Positions 37,600-50,016 of a stretch of DNA of 64,000 bases are shown here, one piece after another. The notes under the pieces are model-generated. The model had not been told where the DNA came from, searched no databases, and saw nothing but the letters and a program-made list of their open reading frames with translations. This DNA is from Octopus bimaculoides. Its lineage: Eukaryota. The translations under genes were made by a program, and so were the position numbers. The first letter of the stretch is position 1. The number at the start of each line of letters is the position of its first letter. The stretch lies in assembly GCF_001194135.2 (NCBI RefSeq), contig NC_068993.1:52908998-52972997 (forward strand). The letters are read 5' to 3'.

Positions 37600-40081
37600 T
37601 CTCTGTGAGAGAGAGAGAGTCATTTAAAAAAAAAAACTTAAATATTTAAAGTTTTTTTTATAAAAATTGACTCTCAATGTTTTGAAACATTATGTTGAGA
37701 TATTTTAAACAAATATATAAACTATATATTTTTGTTTCGTAGAATGATACATTAAGGAACTTTTTTATGAGTACCAGTGGGTTAGTTGGATCCATATATT
37801 GTGACTTAGATTTACAAGATATCATCATTTTATTTCAGCACTATGATGAGAAAAGAAGCATATTCCATTTAATTTTATTCATTTACTGGTTTCACTTGTT
37901 GAAATATGGCCCTGCTGGTCACCTCTATCAATTGTAATACAGGCATGGTATTTGATAGATTAGAAAGTTTGAGGCTGCTGTCATCATCTGCATTTTCTGT
38001 AGTGACAGAATTTTATCTGTAATTTTATTATACACCATAATGCCCAATGTGTTGATTGAATATGTTGACATACGTTTCACACATATCCTTTAGAGCTTTA
38101 AGGATACTGAATAGTTGTAGTTCTCTGAAACCTAAATTATTGCCATCCTTTGCTTTTAACAAATAGGGAAAAGGTGAAAATTTTTATACTGTGTAGCAGC
38201 ACCCTGTTCTAGGATTAGCAAAAATTCCAATGCCAAAGTTTAGTACTGGACTCTTTATGTTGTTTTATATAGAAATTACAGCATATCTTTCCATTCTTCA
38301 TATTTAGGGATCAGAATCTTAACACTTTTTTATAACATCCTGTCTGAGATTGTTCCTGGTTTTATCTTTACAAAACTATTTTTAATTAATATGAGATGGC
38401 AGAATCATTCACACACTGGGCAAAATGCTCAGCAGCGTTTCATCCATCTTTACATTCTGAGTTCATCTGCCAAGGTCAACTGTGCTTTCAACTTTCAGGG
38501 TTAATAAAGTAAGTACCAGTTGAGAACTAGGGTTGATGTAATTGACATATCCCATGCCTTGAAATTGCAGGCATTGCACCAAAATTTAAAATCAAAATAG
38601 GTAATGGTGCCACGTAAAAGGCATGAGTGCCACATAAGAGTGTCCGTGCCAGCGCTGCATAGAAGCACCCAGTACACTCTGTAAAGTGGTTGGTTAGGAA
38701 GGACATCCAGCCGTAGAAACCATGCCGAAACAGACATGGAGACCGGGCAGCTCTTCAGCTGGCCAGCTCCTGTCAAACCATCCAACCAATGCGAGTATGG
38801 AAAACAGACATTAAATGATGATGATGATGAAAATAAAAGAAGAGAACAATCAAAAAAAGAATTGGAAGCACATTGCGACCAGTAAAATATGACAGTGATA
38901 TTTAAATTAAAACACTCATTCTAATTTTATGTAAGAACTTTTTGTTAATTCATATTCAAAACACTACCTGAATATATCAATAAATTTGAAAGTCAATTAT
39001 TTTATTGAATTCCATCAAATTTTTGATCTTTTCAAAATCATTTGAAACATGTATAGACGGCATACTTCATTAGAACTAGTCAGAAACGTTTAGCAAATTC
39101 ATTCTCTTCCTCAAGTAATCCAACTGATCCATGGAAGCAATCATGCTTGTGTTGGACCTTTGGATTACTTCCAAAAGACAAAAAAGAAATTATTTCTTTT
39201 TTTCCCCAATAGTAGTAGTAGTATATTCCAACAAGCTGAGACATATCAAAACTATTAAAGTATTTCAATCTAGGAGAAATTGATGTCAAAGTGCTAAAAA
39301 TAAACAAATCTAACAAGAAATCAGCACTCAGTCTTTTCAATAAGAGTGTCAATTGAGAATAGTTAGCAAAGTGGAAAATAACATGCCTTTGTTCTATACA
39401 GTTAAGGAGGGCCATTTCAATTAAATTGTTGGGAAGACAAACTGAAACCATAAACACGCTATATGTGTATGTAACTTAAGTAAGGTATTTTAGGCTGAGC
39501 AAGTAAAATCTGAAAAGAATGGTACAGATATCAGGTTCACATTTGCTGAAATATAGAAATGACATTCAGAGAAAAATATCTTTCAGATAACCAATCACTT
39601 GGGAACAATTATTCCAAAAGCTACCACACTCACAGACACATCCATTGCCTTATCTTCAGCTACAGATCAACTTTCTGATATACCCAAGTCAAGGACTCTA
39701 TACAAGAACTGATACCTTTATACACACACACATACACACACTCCATATATGTATGTGCTTGTGGTAGTTTTCACAAAGATTCACATACTTATCACACACA
39801 AACATGAAAGGCAGCAAAAAATGTGATTGTTCTGTAAAAGGAATTACAATAAGAGTTAGATTATTTTGATTAGAATTTCCTAAAGTTTTTTTCATTTTCA
39901 ATAAATATACAAGTAATAATTCATTAAAAAACTATATCTGTTAAATATAATTTTTATTGAGTTTGCTTTGCAACCACACAGTTTTAAGTTCAGTCCCACT
40001 GCGCAATACCTTGGGCAAGTGCCTTCTACTTTAAGTACTGGGCTAACCAATGTGTTATGAACCAGTCTGTAAGATAGAAAC

Positions 40082-40121
<40 letters not shown>

Positions 40122-41429
40122 GGACTGTCAACCACATGACAACTCATGTAGATTTCTTAACATACCTCAGTCACTTAGCAGTTCAGCAAAAAGATGCTAA
40201 TAAAATAAATAGCAGACTCAAAAATAAGTACTGATTTGTTGATTAGTTCAACTAAATCTTGTAGGGGTTGCCTCAGCATGGCTGCAGTCTTCTATCTGAG
40301 ACAAGTAATGGGATTAAAGAATAACAAGGCTGACTATGTTTGTCAGTAGCCATCTTGCCAACTAGACAACACAGAAGTGGTCAGAGGATAATATTGCAAC
40401 AATGTGATGGTTTCACAAGAAATCGACACAATGTGCTGAGCAGCAAGGGTCATCAGTATTTCAGTAGTGATATGTGATGGAGCTTCTAAAGAAGGTTGGA
40501 CGCTAAGAAAATGAGAAAGAATTTCTCTTGTCTTTGGGAAGTAATCCCAAAGCTAAATTACCTCCATAGACCAGACAGACAACTGGGGAAGAGGTCGACA
40601 TCTTTTAACCCTTTTGTGAGTATATTTTAGAATATCTGAAATAAGCAGGATTAAGAAATCAATTTAATATCCATCAATATATATATACACCGATAAATGA
40701 CAGGCTTCTTTCAGTTTCTGTCTACCAAACCTACGGACAAATACCAGCTAAGCACCGGGAGTGATGCAATCGGCAAGCCCCCTCCCCACAAAATTTCAAG
40801 CTCTGTGCTGAAAGTAGAAAGGATTATAAGAAGTAAGAGCTTTGTTAATACTCTTCCAATAGTAAATTTTACAAGCAGTGATTGCTATGCACTTCTAACA
40901 TGTATAGAAGAAGAAAAAAAACAAAAAGAACTGCCCTATCTTCTATATTTGTCTGTGTACGTGGGAGAAGTTAAAGTATAACCAGTGAAATCAATGTAAC
41001 CAATACCAGCATGGAAGAATAGACATTATAACAGCTATAATGTTCTCAATGAAAATCTCCCTTGACAAAAGAAGTACGATAATATTTCAGATCTGAGATG
41101 CAAGGTCAAATCTAAGACAGAATTTTTCTTTTCAGTTTTTTCCTTGTTTTTTTTTTTAATATTTTATACAAAATAAAGAGCTTTTAAAGAATTCTATTTC
41201 TTAACATATTCCATTTGTAAGAGGATATGAAGAAAACTATTCAGTAAGACTCAAGGGAATATCAATCAAAAGACTAGAGTAATTTCAATCCTACTGAAAG
41301 ATAAATGAAATATTTAACTAAACAGGGATTGAACTCTGAGAAACCAGTTTGCCTCCCCCAATACTATTTCTCTTGTCTTATCGAGTCAGACATTAAAACA
41401 AGAATATCTAGTGTCATAGCTATATATAT

Positions 41430-41825
41430 CTTTTATCTTTTACTTGTTTCAGTCATTAGACTGCAGCCATACTGGGGCACCACTTTAAGGAATTTTTTTA
41501 GTCAAATGAATCCACACCAGTACTATTTTTAAGCCTGATACTTATTATTTTAGTCACTTTTGCCAAACCACTAAGTTACAGTGATGTAAACAAACCAACA
41601 CTGGTTGTCAAGCAGTGATGGGAAACAGAGGGACAAAGACACACATAGATTTATATAGATATCTATATCCAACACGAATCTTTCAGTTTCCATCTACCAA
41701 ACCCACACACAACGCTTTGGCTGGTCCAAGGCTATATTAACAGACACTTGTCCAAGATGCCAGACAGTGGAACTGGAACCACGTGGCTGGGAAGTAAATT
41801 TCTTACCACATAGCCATGCTGCACC
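41430..41825 (-). mobile_element. SINE family A copy
   Basis: Reverse complement of the 52150-52500 architecture. Confidence 0.8.
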
Positions 41826-42249
41826 TCTATGAATGCTTATATTTAAATTGAAATGTCATCATAACTCTCATTAGCAGTTGGCGAACACCAACACAGTATA
41901 CCAATATATAAAGTTACAAATGTTTTATTAAATCACACCAAAGTGTTGATCATATTGAAAATTAACTGAAATCCATAAGCCAGTAGTCCATCTCTTAAGA
42001 AATATAATCATAAAAGGGTTAAGATGAAAGACATTTTTAAAAAGTAAAAGTAATAGGATAGTTACATAAGAACTGAGTTAATATCGCCACATCACTATCT
42101 AAAGTAAAATATATTTCAAACTCAAGACACTTCAAACTTCACAACACCAACAAAGCCAAAATCATACATTTTTACTCATTACACCACTTTATTTCATTAA
42201 GGACTTAATTTATATAGTACTTAGTTTTAATCTTAGTTCCCCTCCCTTT

Positions 42250-42590
42250 CCCTATCTGGCATCTGACAACCAGAAATCTCCATTCAGTATTGCTGCAAGC
42301 CATGTCATGAACCTGTTGCCAGGCTAGGCCCATGCCTGCTAGGTCCTTCTCCACATCTTCTACCTTGCCACCAAGAACCCCTCTTTCAGTGGTCTCAATA
42401 TGGACATGTGTAACACATGACCAAGAATCTTCTGCCATCTCACAACAATGGTTTCCCATGAGATATTAAATCCAGCTCCTTTCCATGACATTTTCATTCA
42501 CAATGTGATCCAGCCAATAAGTTCTTAGAACAATCTTAAGGCAATGCCTGTAGAAGACAGATTCTACTGATGGATGTATACAGAGATTGT
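42250..42590 (-). mobile_element. Old RTE LINE C-terminal remnant
   Basis: VEKDLAGMGLAWQQVHDMACSNTEWRFLV resembles the RTE terminal VEKDLKxMGLTW...AQDRxxWRxLV motif. Confidence 0.65.
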
Positions 42591-43083
42591 GTTTTAGTTG
42601 ATGGAAGAATTGAACCATGTTAAAAGATAACAGAAAATGTTAAAAGATAACAGCATGAACAAAATGGAAGGCAGCTAATGGTGTTTCAAAGTTGATGTTA
42701 ATTGAGGATAGGTTAAGGAGGTCTTGGAATATAAAACTTGTTTCTGATACATCGTAATGGGACAAAAGAATACAGAGAAAGCCAAAAGAAAGACCAGGTG
42801 CAAAAAAGAAAAAATAAACAAGTATGCAAATCATCTTGGTGACTAGAAAAAGAATGCAAAATATTTAATGAGTTATTCTGAGAGCCAAAGTAAACAGAAC
42901 AAGAGCACACAGAGAGCGCAAACCTCTGCCAACGCAACACCAAGGTCCTCTCAACAATTAATCAGAGATAATTTTTAAAATGAGACTATCTGAAATAAAA
43001 TCCTTTAATGAATATCATGAGACCTTTTGGTTTTCTCTTAAATTCCAGTCCTCCTTTAGTAATCCTGTTGTTTTAGATCAATG

Positions 43084-43190
43084 TCATCATCATCATCATC
43101 ATCATCGTTTAACGTCCGCTTTCCATGCTAGCATGGGTTGGACGATTTGACTGAGGACTGGTGAAACCGGATGGCAACACCAGGCTCCAA
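43084..43190 (-). mobile_element. Short young 3'-end fragment of the same RTE family
   Basis: Reverse complement of 22104-22203 with about 3 mismatches. CpGs retained; (CAT)n tail. Confidence 0.9.
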
Positions 43191-43574
43191 GAATTATTTA
43201 TATATGTAAGTATACTGTAAAGTATTAAAATATATGTATAATCTCCTAATATAATAATGAGTGTTGTCTTTCTATACATTTGTGTGTGTATATATAAAAT
43301 AGAGCCAGAGTGAGAGGTGAAGGTAGAGGAGATAAATGGTAAAGAGAGCATCGTATGAATGAGAAAGGAAGGGGTGATAGATGAATAATAAAGGAAGGAG
43401 TGAAAAAGCCGTTAAACTGCATTTGAAGTATGAGTATATGTGCATGTGTAAAAGAGAGGCATGTTTGCACGTGCATGTGTGTGTGTGTGTACAATGGAAA
43501 TGGGATGGTAATGTTCAATGCTGAAAATGTGTGAGTATGTGTGTGTCTTTGTGTGCGTGTACAAGAGATCTATA

Positions 43575-43806
43575 TGAAACTTTACATATACATGTAAGGT
43601 AAAGATAATATCAAAAAATAATCCAGAATCATTGTCGGGTACTGGGTTGATCCCGAAATCTAATCAGTTCGTGCCAGTCACATAACCAAACATCCACGAA
43701 AGTTTCATCTGAATCCATCCAGCAGTTCTTGGAATATCTTGTCTACAGACAAACAAACAAACACAACTGAAAACAATACCTCCACCTTCGCTAAGGTGGA
43801 GGTAAT
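43575..43806 (+). mobile_element. Helentron/HINE (DINE-1-like) non-autonomous element
   Basis: CpG-retaining body, a (CAAA)n tract, then a perfect 12-bp stem-loop TACCTCCACCTT-CGCT-AAGGTGGAGGTA (43777-43804) at the 3' end. Confidence 0.65.
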
Positions 43807-45825
43807 AAGTACCAAAGTACCTTACATGTAGGAAGGATTGTTGTAAAGTAGCATTTGTTTGTTGCTAGGTAACATCAATCAGTTTAGTTAAGTTTAATGA
43901 TATTTAATGAAAGGTGAACTGGATTTAATTAGTTTATTGTGATTTAGTTCAGTTGTCTTATTTCATTTGTAAACCTTTGAGAAGTTTTCACATTCTTGAT
44001 CATATTTGAACTCCAAATAGCTCACCAATCAATCAAGGGAGACACAACTTCTCAAAGGTTAATAAATAAAATGAGACTACCATATTAAACTACATCACCA
44101 TAAACTAGTTTGCTGCATTCAGTCTACCTTTTAAATATATCATAAATTAAAGTTAACCTCTTAGCATTTAAACCAGCTATATACAGCCCAAATATTCATT
44201 TGTTTTATGTTCAAACTGGCCAGATGCGGCCTCCCACATCTACTCTACAGTCACATCATTGAAATCTCGCAGCTACAAGATAATGCACAATTAATTCAAA
44301 GCAATGAATAAATAAACATTAAATCTGACAGGGTAATTTGAATGCTAAGAGGTTAAACAACTGCTGATTAATATAACCTAGTAACAACAAATGTTACCTA
44401 ACAATAGCAACATGTAAGACACATATTCTAATTATGTTCCTTTGGATTTGAAGGAATAAAAAAGAAAAAGGGAAATAGATTAAATAAAGCAGCAATTGTA
44501 ATGCTTAGAATATTGATTATCAAGTTTTATTTCAAAGATAAATGGACTATATTAGTTCCATAGTAACAAGCTAAAAATAAACAACAATAGCTTACTTATT
44601 GAATGACAAAGGAGAGACCAGAAAAGAACCCCATTATTGAAACTGCAGAAAAAGAGAGATATTACAATTGGCATCTCATCTCAGCAGATGAGGAAATTTA
44701 TGTTCAGCTTCCTTTGGAGTGGTATACAGAGGGAATAAAATGTTATAATGTTCATGCTTTCCTTAAACATAAGGAAAAATAAAATGATGTGAACTGAAGA
44801 ATTTAAACAAGGTTACACTTGATTGAGTGAGAGAGATAGACAGACAGAGCTCGTTACGATTATAATACAGACAGAACTTGCTACCATTATAATGAATATC
44901 TACAAGCCAGCAGCCAAAAACACTGTGGCTATATTATCTTCTTAGATAAGAAATATTTACCTTCATTTATCAATTAATGAGTGAACGTTATCTCCTCAGA
45001 TAAGATAAATTACCTGCCTTAACAAACTTACCATTCATAAGTGTACATCATTTCCTTAGATAAAGCATATTACTTGACTGGATGAATGTACAATTATAAC
45101 ACCAGTGTGCAAAATTCAAATTTACAGAACCACCCAGACCGTGAAAAAGTGAAACGAGATGAAGCGGGACGTGATGTTTAGATTAGATACATTTTGAGAA
45201 AGGAATCTACTCTGACCAGTTAATCTTATGATGAGAGAGTGAACAACAAACAATGAATAATGTGTGAGTTAGATGATAGAGTTCTGTGGCAGAGCTCTCT
45301 GGCCCACAGCAAAACTAATAACATAAGTATCATAATATATTAAAGTATACATTTGTAATTCACTATGTAAGTTATTTTAAAGCGCTAGACTAACTGCTCC
45401 AATAATATAGGCTAATCAAAATAATAACAGTAGGAATCAGGTTTAAGTTGATCATGAAATATGCCACTGTTCATTAGAATATAAGCATCTGAGTGCAATG
45501 TTTGTTTACTGTTCTTTTCCTTTAAAAACAGGAAAAGAAAATTACTGCTCCAAATTAAAAGAAATGTAAATACATAGTTAATGTTAAATACTGGTTTAAC
45601 TAGTACAAAATAAACTAACAAAATCTACATCATATGTCAAAGTATACTTACATGCCCACAATGTGTAGACATCCTTGGACAGCAATGCAAATTATCTTAC
45701 TTGCTACTGCACTTCTAAATAGATATAATTCTTTGATATCATTCAATAAAAAATCCCACACCAAGCAATCATATTTGCCCTTGATCTGTAAACATTGACA
45801 ATGAAGTCAACACATGTAATGTCAG

Positions 45826-46450
45826 GGGAAGCTCAGCATTCTGCTGACCACCAAGTTGAAGGTGTACCAAGTAGTTGTACTGCCTATGCTATTGTACACA
45901 TGCAAGACTTGGTTGGTTTACGAATTCCATGACAAAATGCTAAACCACTTCCACATGAACTGCCTGAGAAAGCTGTTGAAAATCACCTAGCAAGACAAGG
46001 TCCAAGACATGGAGGTCATCTCTTGAGCTCATTTGCCAAGCACTTACACACTGCTGAGGAGAATACAAGTCAAGTGAGCAGGCCACCTTGTTCAAAAACC
46101 TGACGTGTGACTTCCCAAGAAACTGTTGTACAGTGAACTGATGGATGGTAAACACAGCAAGGTGGACAGAAAAAGTGCTTCAAGAATACACTCAAAGCCT
46201 CACTGAAGAGCTTTGAGATCAACCCCAACATCCAAGATACGCAAGCACAAGACTGCCCTGCTTGGCAATGCTACACCAACAGAGGTGCCACCAGAGGCAC
46301 AAACAAAATGCAAACGGCACAAATCCAGAGCCAACTCCGCACCTTCATTCCCAAACCTGCAGCAGAGACTTCCAAGCATGCCTTGAACTGATCAGACACA
46401 TCGTGCCCTGTCTTCTTCTATGTGGTATCCTTGGCCATCGTCACGACAGC
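45826..46450 (+). mobile_element. Decayed RTE LINE 3' fragment (third subfamily)
   Basis: TTKLKVYQVVVLPMLLYTCKTW...HFHMNCLRKLLKI...LPKKLLYSELMDG...KASLKSFEI, with in-frame stops. Confidence 0.85.
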
Positions 46451-49400
46451 CAAACTGCTGATTTTACCTAAGGCAAGTAGGTAAGTAGGGGTGTGTGTGC
46501 ACGCATGCGTGTGGTATGTCCAAATGGTTGAGTTTGCATCGTAATTACAAGGCCTGGGTTTCATGCCACGAAATGGCATTTTCTATAGCCTCAAATCGAC
46601 CAATACTTTGTGAGTGAAATCAGGCAGACTAGCAGTGTGAGTGACAAACATACACACACACACAAATAAATTATTTACAGAATTTTCACTCATCACCATT
46701 TCTTCATTTAATGCAGAATATGCATGTGTGTGTGTGTTTGTGCGTCTGTGTGTGCATGTATGTATGTATACAATGGACTTCTTTCAGTTTCGGTCTACCA
46801 AATCCACTCACAAGGCTTGAGTTGGCCCAAGGCTATAGTAGAAGATACTTACCCGAGGTGCCCCACAGTAGGATTAAGCCCAGAACCATGTGGCTGGGAA
46901 GAAAGTTTCTTACCACACAGCCACACCTATGAAAAAATCACAACAATATACCCTTAAATAAAACCCAAATATGTAATTCAGTCACTTCTGTTCTATGGGT
47001 GTAAACAGAACTGCTTAAACTTATATCATGAGGAAAATATCACATGGTACCCTCATAGAAGGTGGTACTGTAGTATGGATGCAATCCAATGACTGAAACA
47101 AGTAAAAAGAAAAAGAAAGAATATGCAGCATTTGGGCTGAGGTATTTACGCAATAATTTGTGCCTTCCTTTATGAATACATAAAAACATAAAATAATTAA
47201 TTGCCAAATTAAACTACTCCAGAAAAAAAAAAAAAATGTCAAAACTGCCTTAGCGTGACTAAAAATATAAGAATTCAAACCTTACAAATATTCAATATTT
47301 TAACCTATAATTGATTATTTCCTTTGATTTTATTACCATTAAATAAAATTAATTTTCTTTATTTTTCTTTCTTTATTTGTGTATAATATCAAATTTGTGT
47401 TAAAAAGTTAAGTTATAAAAACCATAGATGATCATGTGAATTACAACACCCTACTTACAAATTCCTGCCATATCCAGTTGCCATAATAACTGACAGCAAT
47501 GATATATGTGACATATTTACTGGCAAGGTATCCTTTTAAAACCAAATGATTTATTGTTATTTACACGAGAATGTTTTCGTTTTTGTTGCTTTCTACAGTT
47601 AAATACAACGGGACGTCCATCAACTCAGTTTAAAGTGAACGATGGCATGTTCAATTTCAACTTCATAATGTTGAAATTAAAAAAACAAACTCACATTCAA
47701 CACTATTCTGTACCGTCTTTTACAGAATACATAAGCTCAGGCATGGCTAGAGATGTTAGCATGGGTGTGTGATTAAGAAGCTAATTTCCCAACCACCTGA
47801 TTTCAGGTTCAATCCCACTATCTGATGCCTTGAGCAAAGTGTTTTCTACTATAACTGTGAACTCAGCTATGTGAATAGATTTATTAGATGAAAACTGATA
47901 TGTATGTGTGTGTGTGTGTATATATATATATATACACACACACACACTTATACAAGCAGGTGCCACATACACAGCACCTATGCCAGTGCTATGTAAAAGC
48001 ACCCAGTACACTGTGTAAAGAGGTTGGTATTAGAAAGGGAACCAGCTATAGAAACAATGTCAACACAGACATGGAGCCAGGACAGCCCTGACAAACCATC
48101 CAACCCATGCCAGCATGGAAAACGGACGTATGATGATGATGATGATGATACGTGTATATTTGTGTATATGTAAGTGTTTGCATCTGTTTGGTCATGACAC
48201 GGTGCAACAATTGTAAACAACATTAAACAAGTAGTGCCATTTGTTTCCAGTCTTCTGTGAAAGCATGTCAAGCCCATGAAAATTTTTTACCTTACTTCAA
48301 AATAGTTGAAGGTTGGCAACAGGAAAAGCTTCCAGCTGCAGAAAACTGAACTCAGAGAATTCTATCCGACCCAAGCAAGCATGGAAAAGTGAATGCTAAA
48401 ATGATGATGATAATGAGGATGATGATGAAATTTCTTAGTTTCAGTTCCTAGCTTTTCATAACACTACTCAACCAACAAACTTATCAAAATCTCAATCAAA
48501 ATAATTTGTAAAGCAACTACTCTCTCTTTCAGGCAAAACTGTGAAGTACTGGCATTTCTTGAATCAGGGAATTCGCTTCATCATCATTTTAATCTTTTAA
48601 AATTTGATTTTCATACTAGCATGGATTGAACAGTTTGACAAGCCACAGAACTGTCAAGCTTCAATCTCAATTTTGTCATCGTTTCTATAGCTGGAAGCCT
48701 TTCCTAATGACCACCACTATACAGTGTGTACTGGATGCTTTTTTCATGCAATTGATACCGATGAGGTGTGTTACAAAAGTCATGTTATTGCAATACTGAT
48801 ATAAATGTTCAGAATGAGCCAAATAACCAGAAAAACAAAATATATGTTGTAAATAATCTGACATAGAAAAAAAACAAAAAACTCCATCAAAACCTACTTG
48901 TAATTTACAGAATTCATGATTGTGACTAGAGAGAGAAAAAAAAACAAAACAAGGACCAATAGTAATTGGTAGATTTAGGTTAGAATTCCCTCATATTCAA
49001 AACTCATTCATTTAATGATATTGTTTTTATAAGAGCTGCACCTTACTGACAGACTTTCAACAGATGTATGACTTATAAACCAATATCAGCCTGGTATTTC
49101 ATGTTTTATATCAGTGTTTCACAGACTGTGTTAACATTGTAATGTACTAAATATGAAATTACTAAATGACTAAATAAATATACCAACAGGATTTACAACA
49201 CAAGGGAGTTTTCTTTTCCATTTTTCTTTTTTTTTGTCAGAACTTACAAAATGGTGCAAAACTACTGACCCACAAAGTTAAAATCCTGCTCCTCCTCATT
49301 CTCAGGAGGTTACCCACTAAGTTTGATATTATTATTTTGATGTAATTGATAAACTTAATGTTTCACTTTGATAAAATTATATTCTCAACCTAAAAAAAAA

Positions 49401-49801
49401 AAAAATAATAATAATAATAAAAAGATTATATTTCTGAAATGCTTCTTATTATAAAATTACATTTGACCGGAACAAGTTTCACCTAATAGCCTATTCAACC
49501 AGAAAAAAAAAAAGATTGTTTTAATTAAAATTAAAAAAAGCATCATCATCATTTATTGACCATGTTGGCATAGATAAGATGGTCTGGCAGGTTCCAATGG
49601 GTCCAAGGACTGCATCATACTCAAATGTCTGCTTGGGCATTGTTTCTACAACTATATGCCCTTCCTAATCCCAACCACTCTAAATGGTAGCTGCACTAGG
49701 ATGGTCACCATATAGCTTGCCTGATTAAAATCCCATTTAAATGAATAGGGCCACAGTAGAGATGAAGTGGGGAAGCTTTATGCTAGGAAATAAATAATAT
49801 T

Positions 49802-50016
49802 GGTTTCAAATTTTGCCACAAGGCCAGCAATTTCGAAGGAGTGGGGGTAAGTTAATTACATTGACCCCAGTGTTCAACTGGTGCTTGTTTTATTGACCAA
49901 GGAAGGATGAAAGCAAAGTCCACCTGAGCAGAATTTGAACTCAGAATGTAAAGATAGATAAAATACCACTAAGCATTTTGCACAGCATGCTAAGAATTCT
50001 GCCAGCCTGCCACCTT
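49802..50016 (-). mobile_element. Full-length SINE family B copy with an 18-bp target site duplication
   Basis: TAGGAAATAAATAATATT occurs at 49784-49801 and 50017-50034. Confidence 0.9.

Noticed and set aside
39080-39457. 125-aa minus-strand ORF in POMP intron 1
   Set aside because: No recognisable domain. It includes a (TAC)n-derived YYYYY, has a TTG/GTG-type start and no matching splice pair, and part of it resembles the old repeat at ~40505-40590.
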